63,714 nt of DNA from Bacteroidaceae bacterium (GTDB taxonomy: Bacteria; Bacteroidota; Bacteroidia; Bacteroidales; Barnesiellaceae_A), in assembly GCA_017935645.1 (NCBI GenBank), contig JAGBHF010000073.1, forward strand, positions 1 through 63,714, read 5' to 3'. Numbering within the stretch: position 1 is the first letter of the stretch; each line of letters opens with the position of its first letter. The position numbers and the translations under genes were made by a program. Below are positions 57,478 through 63,714 of the stretch, one piece after another. The notes beneath the pieces were generated by a model, which saw nothing but the letters and a program-made list of their open reading frames with translations, was not told where the DNA came from and searched no databases.

Positions 57478-59379
57478 ATGAAAAAAACGTTAGTTGATCT
57501 TTTTGAACAGTCGGTGCAACTCTATCCCAACAATACATTCTTGTTGGAGAAGACCGACAAAGTCTTTGAACCTACAACTTACACACAAGTAAAGGAACAA
57601 GTTTATCGCCTTGGTGCAGGTTTGCAAGCCCTCGGCGTGAAGAAAGGCGACACAATGGCATTGCTCAGTGAGGGTCGCAACATGTGGATTATCGGAGAGT
57701 TGGCTATGTTTTATGCCGGTGCAGTCAACGTGCCCCTCTCTATTAAGCTCGAAGAGAGCAACGACCTCATGTTCCGCCTTATTCATGGCGATGTGCAATA
57801 CATCATGGTGTCGGGACAACAACTCAAGAAAATACGTCTTATCAAAGACAAACTTCCTGCCGTCAAGAAGATTATCGTATTTGATGAGGTGAAAGAGTAC
57901 GAAGAACGAGAAATGTCGCTTGCCGAATTGCAAAAGATGGGCGATGAGTTCTTGGCTTCGCATACAATGGACGAATTCCTTGCCGTAGGTCGCTCTATCG
58001 AGAACGACGACTATGCCACCATTACCTACACAAGTGGTACTACAGCCGACCCCAAGGGCGTTGTGCTCACACACCGCAACTATACAGCCAATGTCGAGCA
58101 AGCCCTCACATTGGTTGCTATCGACCAGACTTGGCGCACACTCATCATCTTGCCCCTCGACCACTGCTTTGCTCACGTGGTAGGTTTCTACATCATGATG
58201 TCGCGTGGTGCCACTGTTGCCACTGTACAAGTGGGTCGCAATCCTATGGAAACCCTCAAGAACATCCCCAAGAATATCAAGGAGGTACGTCCTCACTTCA
58301 TCCTCAGTGTTCCGGCAGTGGCCAAGACCTTCAAGAAAAACATCGAAGGTGCTATCCGTGCCAAGGGCGACACTACCGTTAAGCTCTTCAACATGGGCTT
58401 GAAAGTGAAGCAATTATACTTTGGCGATAGCAACCTCGACCCCAAAGGCTGGCGCGTGTTGCTTGCTCCCGTTGTAGCATTGTTCGACAAACTTATCTTC
58501 TCGAAGGTGCGCGAAAACTTCGGTGGCGAGTTGCGTTTCTTCATCGGTGGTGGTGCGTTGCTTGACAAGGACTTGCAGAAGTTTTACGTTGGCGTAGGCA
58601 TGCCCATGTATCAAGGCTACGGCTTGTCTGAGGCTACTCCCGTTATCTCGTCAAACGGCCCAGAGATGTATCGTTTCGGTTCGAGCGGTAAGTTGGTGAA
58701 ACCCATCGAATTGAAGATATGCGATAGCGAAGGCAAAGAACTCCCCTTGGGCGAGATGGGCGAGATTGTAGTAAAAGGCGAGAACGTAATGGCCGGATAT
58801 TGGAAAAATCCCGAGTCAACTGCCGACACCGTACGCGATGGATACCTCTACACCGGCGATCTCGGTTACATGACTGCCGAAGGCCTGCTCTACGTGAAGG
58901 GTCGCTTCAAGAGCCTCCTCATTTCGAGCGACGGCGAGAAGTACAGCCCCGAAGGTATCGAAGAGTCGCTCGTCGAGTTGTCGCCCTACATCGACCAAGC
59001 CATGTTGTACAACAACCAATCGGCCTACACTACAGCCCTCATCGTTCCCAATAAGGAGCGCTTGCGTGCAGCGTTGAAGGAGCAAGGTCTCGGTCTCGAC
59101 ACCGAGGAAGGTCGCAAGGCAGCCCTCAAGCTCATCGATGGCTCGATAGCCCGTTTCAAGAAGGGTGGCGACCTCGAAACCATGTTCCCCGACCGTTGGT
59201 TGCCCGCAGGTATTGCTGTATTGGCCGAGCCCTTCACCGAGCAAAACCAAATGATAAACAGTACCATGAAGATGGTGCGTGGTAAGATTGAGAAAGCCTA
59301 CGCCGAGCGCCTCAACTACCTCTATACACCCGAAGGCAAGCAACTCATGAACCAACAAAACATCGACGCATTGAAATAA
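57478..59379 (+). CDS. Long-chain fatty acid-CoA ligase (AMP-binding)
   Basis: ITYTSGTTADPKG, LPLDHCF, YQGYGLSEA, YTGDLG, GRFKSLL. Confidence 0.92.
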   Translation: MKKTLVDLFEQSVQLYPNNTFLLEKTDKVFEPTTYTQVKEQVYRLGAGLQALGVKKGDTMALLSEGRNMWIIGELAMFYAGAVNVPLSIKLEESNDLMFRLIHGDVQYIMVSGQQLKKIRLIKDKLPAVKKIIVFDEVKEYEEREMSLAELQKMGDEFLASHTMDEFLAVGRSIENDDYATITYTSGTTADPKGVVLTHRNYTANVEQALTLVAIDQTWRTLIILPLDHCFAHVVGFYIMMSRGATVATVQVGRNPMETLKNIPKNIKEVRPHFILSVPAVAKTFKKNIEGAIRAKGDTTVKLFNMGLKVKQLYFGDSNLDPKGWRVLLAPVVALFDKLIFSKVRENFGGELRFFIGGGALLDKDLQKFYVGVGMPMYQGYGLSEATPVISSNGPEMYRFGSSGKLVKPIELKICDSEGKELPLGEMGEIVVKGENVMAGYWKNPESTADTVRDGYLYTGDLGYMTAEGLLYVKGRFKSLLISSDGEKYSPEGIEESLVELSPYIDQAMLYNNQSAYTTALIVPNKERLRAALKEQGLGLDTEEGRKAALKLIDGSIARFKKGGDLETMFPDRWLPAGIAVLAEPFTEQNQMINSTMKMVRGKIEKAYAERLNYLYTPEGKQLMNQQNIDALK

Positions 59380-59393
59380 TAAACCATACGATT

Positions 59394-59720
59394 ATGTATC
59401 CCTGGAGCGACGAAATGAACTGTGCCGTAACAGTGTGCGACACCGAAGGCACAATCCTGTATATGAATGAGAAAGCCAAGCAAACCTTTGCCCGTCATGG
59501 CGACCTCATTGGTAAGAATATGTTTGCATGCCATAGCCCCGCCTCGCAAGAGAAGATACGCGAACTCTTGGCTACCGGCGGCACCAATGCCTACACCATC
59601 GAGAAGGAAGGCATGCACAAGGTGATATACCAAACCGCCTGGCGCGAAAACGGAGTGGTAAAAGGCCTCGTTGAGCTATCAATGGTAGTCCCCGCCGAAA
59701 TGCCCCACTACGTGCGATAA
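59394..59720 (+). CDS. Standalone PAS domain protein
   Basis: VCDTEGTILYMN, LIGKNMFACH, YTIEK, GLVELS; no output domain. Confidence 0.8.
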   Translation: MYPWSDEMNCAVTVCDTEGTILYMNEKAKQTFARHGDLIGKNMFACHSPASQEKIRELLATGGTNAYTIEKEGMHKVIYQTAWRENGVVKGLVELSMVVPAEMPHYVR

Positions 59721-59762
59721 GACATACTTCTAAGACAACCCCGACCCCCGTCGGACAGATAA

Positions 59763-59800
59763 AAACAGAGCGACCAAAAACTTGGCCGCTCTGTTTGTTT
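59763..59800. terminator. Bidirectional terminator
   Basis: aaacagagcgacca/tggccgctctgttt stem, flanked by an A run and gttt. Confidence 0.75.
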
Positions 59801-59815
59801 GGGGGTATCTAAGCA

Positions 59816-62800
59816 CTATAAAACGACTTTCATGATAGTCTCGTTTACTTTTACAAGGTACATTCCGTCATTGGCTATCTCGATGCGCATAACATTCTCA
59901 GTTACCTGTTTAGTAGCCACAACTATACCCGATGTATTGAATACATATATCAAGCTATCCATCGGAGCATTACTTACTAAGATAGTACCATTAATGGCGT
60001 GAATAGAGATGTTGGCAAAGGTGTTGTTAATACTTGCCGGTACAACACTTATGCTACATTGAGCAGTAAGATTTGTTCCGTCGGTTGTTGTTGCCGATAT
60101 AATGGCTTCACCCTTACCTATAGCGGTAACATAACCTGTCTCGTCAACTGTAGCCACATCGGTATTATCACTATACCACATAACCAACTGATTGGTTGTA
60201 TTTTCGGGCATTATAGTTGCTGTCAACATTGCAGTCTCGCCAATACTCATATTGATATTGGTTTCGTTCAGTGAAATAGATTGTGCCAAGACATCGGGTT
60301 TTTCACCAACAGTAAGTATACCATCAATCAATATATATGCATAGTTGGTATCACTGCCACCCGACAAGGTGATAGGATATTCGCCAGGCTCTGATTCAGC
60401 TGTTGCATCACAACTTATTTGAGGCCATTTGCTCAGATTGTCTTTGGAATCGTTGTTTCTGAAACCTTCAAAGGTCATGGTAAATTGAGGAAGTTCCTCT
60501 CCATAATCTTTGTATTTGTCATCGGCTGTAATAGTAAGAGGGGCTGGGGTTATTGTTAGCACACTATATGTCTCTTGTGTATAGACAAACTCGTATATGT
60601 AGTTGTTATCATTACCACCTTCATAGGTAATGGCATATGTACCCACCGGCGATGTAATATCGGCCGATGTAACAAATGAAGGCATTACATCTAACTCACC
60701 GGTATATTCACCAACTATGCGATGTGTAAACTCGATATTTTCACCATATTCTCTTGTGAAGTCATCAAGGGCTATTTGCAAGGTTGCCTTTTCAATAGTA
60801 AGCGTACCTTCGGTATAGTATAGTTCATAGTTGCGAGCTTCACCACCTTCAGCTGTAATAGGATATTCACCTACGTCACTCATTGCCTTTGCTGTGGTAC
60901 TTACCGACGGTTTGTTTAGCAGTTCGGCTTCAGTCTCATTGTTTTTGAAACCTTCGTAGCTTACTGTCAATGTGGGATTTTTCTCGCCATATACTTTACT
61001 TACATTATTGGCTATGACATTCAGAGGCGATTTCTTTACACTTAATATGCCATTTTGATTGGTTATCAGGTAGTTTGCATCTGTAACTTCGTTGATGATA
61101 ATATCATACTCGCCTATATTGCTCATTCTTGTTGCAGCACTTGTTGCGATAGGTACTTCATTCAACTCACCCTCTGAGTCGCCATTTACAAATCCGATGT
61201 ATTCAATTTCGAACGTAGGATTCATGTCTCCATAGTATCGTTCTGTGTCAACCGCTTTAGCTGTAAGATTTGCCTTGCCAATGAATACCTCTATTTTTGC
61301 TTCGGCTTCGTTGTAGTTGTTGTTACCTGCTTGTTTAGCTGTAATGGTTACACTTCCCGCACCCCTGATTGAAGCTGTTGTACCACTGATAGATACAATG
61401 GTAGATGATGAAGATACATAGGTAATGGGAAGGTCGCGGTTGCTACTTGCTCCCAATTCAAACACGGCATCACCATATACTTTGTTGGTAACTGAAGGGA
61501 ATGTAATCTCTTGGTCGGCCTTTTTAACGACAAACTCTTGTTGTACCGGAGTGCCATCATAGAAGTTGTTATCGCCCGAAGCGTAGGCTGTTATGTAGCA
61601 ACGACCAGCACCCACAATGGTGAGCATATTGTTCTCTACCGTCGCAACCTTTGCATCGGAACTTTCGTAGCGAATTTGTGCCGATGAATTGGTTGTGGCT
61701 GTGAGTTGTATGGGAGCATCGCCATAAGTTGCAGTAGGTAATGCATCGAAGGTTATGGTTTGATATGATTTCGATACGGTTATTGTCTTGGTAACACTGG
61801 CAGCTTCATTATAATAGTCGTTACCCGATTGTGACGCTGTTATATTGGCAGTTCCTACGCCTGTTATTTTCAGTATATTGCTACTGACAGTTGCTACAGC
61901 TTCATTGTCACTGTTATATGTTATCTCCATACCTTTGTCAGTTGTTTGGGGCAATACGATGTCGGCATCACCATAGAGGCTATTGGGTATTTCATCCCAT
62001 ATAATAGTCTGCATTGCCTTGCTTACGGTGAGCATCTGTTGTATCTCTTGTGCGGGCAGATAGTTTTTTGTACCCTCTTGCTTGGCTGTAATCACAGCTG
62101 TACCCGGCTTGTTTATCACGACACTATTGCCATTGACGGTAGCTACATCACAGTCGCTTGTGTAGGTTATTTCCAGATTTTTGTCGCTATATTGGTTCAG
62201 TACAATAGGAGCATCGCCATATACTTTGGGTGCAAAAGCCGGGAAGTTGATACTTTGTGCTCGACGATTTACTGTTAATGTGCGAGTTACTGGAGTAGCA
62301 GCATAGTGTGTAGCATCACCGGCCTGATTGGCTACGATTTCGGTAGTTCCTGCTCCTACAATTGTTACCGTAGTACCATTGATGGTAGCCACCTCGGGAT
62401 TGATACTTTGATAAGTTATTTGTAGCCCCTTGTCAGTTGTTGCAGGTAGGGTGAAGGGTCGGTCTTCGTAGGTTTTGGTTGGTAACTCCTCCCATACGAT
62501 GCTTTGTGTTATCTTGTTTACCACCAATTTGCGAGTAACGTATGCGGCTTCAAGGTAGTTTTCATCACCGGCTTGTGTGGCTATGATGTTTGTTTCGCCT
62601 ACGCCACATATATGCACGTTGTTGCCATTAACGGTAGCAACCGAAGTATTGGTACTTTGGTAAACGATAGTCAAGTTCTTGTTGGTCTTCTCGGGGAGTG
62701 TAAAGTCGGCATCACCGTATGTCTTGGCTTCCAATTCGGGGAAGGTGATTACTTGTGCACATTTGTTAACCGCAAGGTTGGCTGTAGTAGAGTGCACCGA

Positions 62801-63712
62801 ACTTACAGGGTTTGATACTACGCAGTGATAACGACCTGCATCACTACTCTTAACGGTAGATAGTGTGTAGGTACTATCAGTTGCATTGCTTATAATCGAA
62901 CCATTGTGATACCATGTATAAGTGTAGCCATCATCCACTACATCAAGTGTAAAAGTAACACTCTCATCAACGGTCTTAGTTACTGTGGCAGGGCTGGTAA
63001 TAATCTCTGTGGGTACTACATCGTAGTAATTGATAGTAAGTATATCGCTATAAGTACCATCGGTATGCAAGATGCGATATTGTACAGTACCTCTTTCAGG
63101 ATTTTGTTCGGTGTAATTATGCGATGTACAGTCAATGTTGGTCCACGTATTACCACCGTCGCGACTACTCTCCCAACGTAACACCATTTGTGATGTTGTT
63201 ATAAATAATTTAGTCGGACGATGTGATGCTGCATTCGTTTTTTGGGTTAAACTTTCTATTTGGAATTTATTGTAGTAACCGTCAGCCTTGTAATAATTAA
63301 TAATATCACCTTTCACATACAATATCATGCTTGAAGGGACATTGTAAAAAGTACTAGAATATGCAGTAGGTTTAGTATCACTCAAAATAAACATAGTTTC
63401 TAATCCTGTGCAATTCGAAAAGGCATCGCTGTAAATCTTTTTGATACCATCTCCAATGCAAACTTCCTTTAATCCTGAGCAACCATAGAAAGTATACTCA
63501 TCTATCGAAGTTACGCTGTTAGGGATATTGACAAAAGTCAGTCCTGAGCAACCATAGAAAGCATGACTCCCTATATAAGTTACGCTGTTAGGGATATCGA
63601 CAGAAGTCAGTCCTGAGCAACCATTGAAAGCATAACTACCAATCGAGGTGACACTGTTGGGGATGGTAACAGAAGTCAGTCCTGAGCAACCATAGAAAGC
63701 ATCGTAATCTAT
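59816..63712 (-). CDS. Large T9SS-secreted surface protein: BspA-type LRRs, Ig domains, 6 stalk repeats, 4 MBG domains, Big_2, C-terminal T9SS signal (5' end outside window)
   Basis: The frame stays open upstream of the listed 63394 start to the window edge (IDYDAFYGCSGLTSVTIPNSVTSIG...). Repeats Q.I.F...K.YGDA and MBG K.YG..NP; C-terminus ...IYVFNTSG...GMYLVKV...KVVL. Confidence 0.88.
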   Translation of the reverse strand: MDYDAFYGCSGLTSVTIPNSVTSIGSYAFNGCSGLTSVDIPNSVTYIGSHAFYGCSGLTFVNIPNSVTSIDEYTFYGCSGLKEVCIGDGIKKIYSDAFSNCTGLETMFILSDTKPTAYSSTFYNVPSSMILYVKGDIINYYKADGYYNKFQIESLTQKTNAASHRPTKLFITTSQMVLRWESSRDGGNTWTNIDCTSHNYTEQNPERGTVQYRILHTDGTYSDILTINYYDVVPTEIITSPATVTKTVDESVTFTLDVVDDGYTYTWYHNGSIISNATDSTYTLSTVKSSDAGRYHCVVSNPVSSVHSTTANLAVNKCAQVITFPELEAKTYGDADFTLPEKTNKNLTIVYQSTNTSVATVNGNNVHICGVGETNIIATQAGDENYLEAAYVTRKLVVNKITQSIVWEELPTKTYEDRPFTLPATTDKGLQITYQSINPEVATINGTTVTIVGAGTTEIVANQAGDATHYAATPVTRTLTVNRRAQSINFPAFAPKVYGDAPIVLNQYSDKNLEITYTSDCDVATVNGNSVVINKPGTAVITAKQEGTKNYLPAQEIQQMLTVSKAMQTIIWDEIPNSLYGDADIVLPQTTDKGMEITYNSDNEAVATVSSNILKITGVGTANITASQSGNDYYNEAASVTKTITVSKSYQTITFDALPTATYGDAPIQLTATTNSSAQIRYESSDAKVATVENNMLTIVGAGRCYITAYASGDNNFYDGTPVQQEFVVKKADQEITFPSVTNKVYGDAVFELGASSNRDLPITYVSSSSTIVSISGTTASIRGAGSVTITAKQAGNNNYNEAEAKIEVFIGKANLTAKAVDTERYYGDMNPTFEIEYIGFVNGDSEGELNEVPIATSAATRMSNIGEYDIIINEVTDANYLITNQNGILSVKKSPLNVIANNVSKVYGEKNPTLTVSYEGFKNNETEAELLNKPSVSTTAKAMSDVGEYPITAEGGEARNYELYYTEGTLTIEKATLQIALDDFTREYGENIEFTHRIVGEYTGELDVMPSFVTSADITSPVGTYAITYEGGNDNNYIYEFVYTQETYSVLTITPAPLTITADDKYKDYGEELPQFTMTFEGFRNNDSKDNLSKWPQISCDATAESEPGEYPITLSGGSDTNYAYILIDGILTVGEKPDVLAQSISLNETNINMSIGETAMLTATIMPENTTNQLVMWYSDNTDVATVDETGYVTAIGKGEAIISATTTDGTNLTAQCSISVVPASINNTFANISIHAINGTILVSNAPMDSLIYVFNTSGIVVATKQVTENVMRIEIANDGMYLVKVNETIMKVVL
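63437..63712 (-). repeat. 69-bp tandem coding repeats (23-aa BspA leucine-rich repeats)
   Basis: Invariant tcctgagcaacc at 63473, 63542, 63611 and 63680, an exact 69-nt period. Confidence 0.92.
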
Positions 63713-63714
63713 CG

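Noticed and set aside
57490-59358. Long antisense ORFs (307 and 180 aa) opposite the acyl-CoA ligase
   Set aside because: Typical shadow frames of biased codon usage; no motifs or plausible starts. The same applies to those opposite sprA (e.g. 51358-52062), the rml genes and gpmI.
57478-59720. Higher GC of fadD-PAS as evidence of horizontal transfer
   Set aside because: The same C-ending codon preference is seen in gpmI and parts of sprA, and there are no mobility genes or flanking repeats.
63437-63712. LRR repeats as a diversity-generating retroelement TR/VR pair or a CRISPR array
   Set aside because: Differences are not adenine-restricted (gtt/gtc, ccc/cct, agt/agc), the units are contiguous in-frame coding repeats, and there is no reverse transcriptase or cas gene in the window.

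Overview
A 63.7 kb gene-dense chromosomal segment from a Bacteroidales bacterium. The assignment rests on TAnnTTTG -7 promoter boxes, AT-rich leaders without Shine-Dalgarno sites, and ruvA-sprA and folP-cdaA synteny. sprA implies a type IX secretion system (T9SS), which argues against most Bacteroides sensu stricto. Housekeeping and accessory content: a 5'-truncated GGGtGRT gene, an NCS2 purine permease, the cytochrome bd operon, a standalone GH18 endoglycosidase, tRNA-Met, rsmF-lptD, ilvE, a thioester-less alpha-2-macroglobulin and a minimal wecA-rmlACDB locus. Further along are a lipoprotein plus beta-barrel pair, a gpmI-MFS-DUF3109-galM-galK-nucleotidyltransferase run, a degenerate Fic-HTH gene, cdaA-folP, ruvA-sprA and fadD-PAS. 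The window ends inside a giant BspA-LRR/MBG surface protein. I found no integrase, transposase, phage gene or CRISPR array, and no self-evident new multi-gene system. Strongest leads: (1) a sugar-1-phosphate nucleotidyltransferase placed where galT would be expected, suggesting a GalT-independent galactose route; (2) a purine-riboswitch-like but non-canonical leader before the purine permease; (3) a Fic-fold/HTH protein that has lost both its catalytic and autoinhibitory motifs; (4) an uncharacterised surface lipoprotein plus FadL/PorV-like barrel operon; (5) an orphan ATP-grasp ligase. Family names come from motif recognition only; no database search was run.
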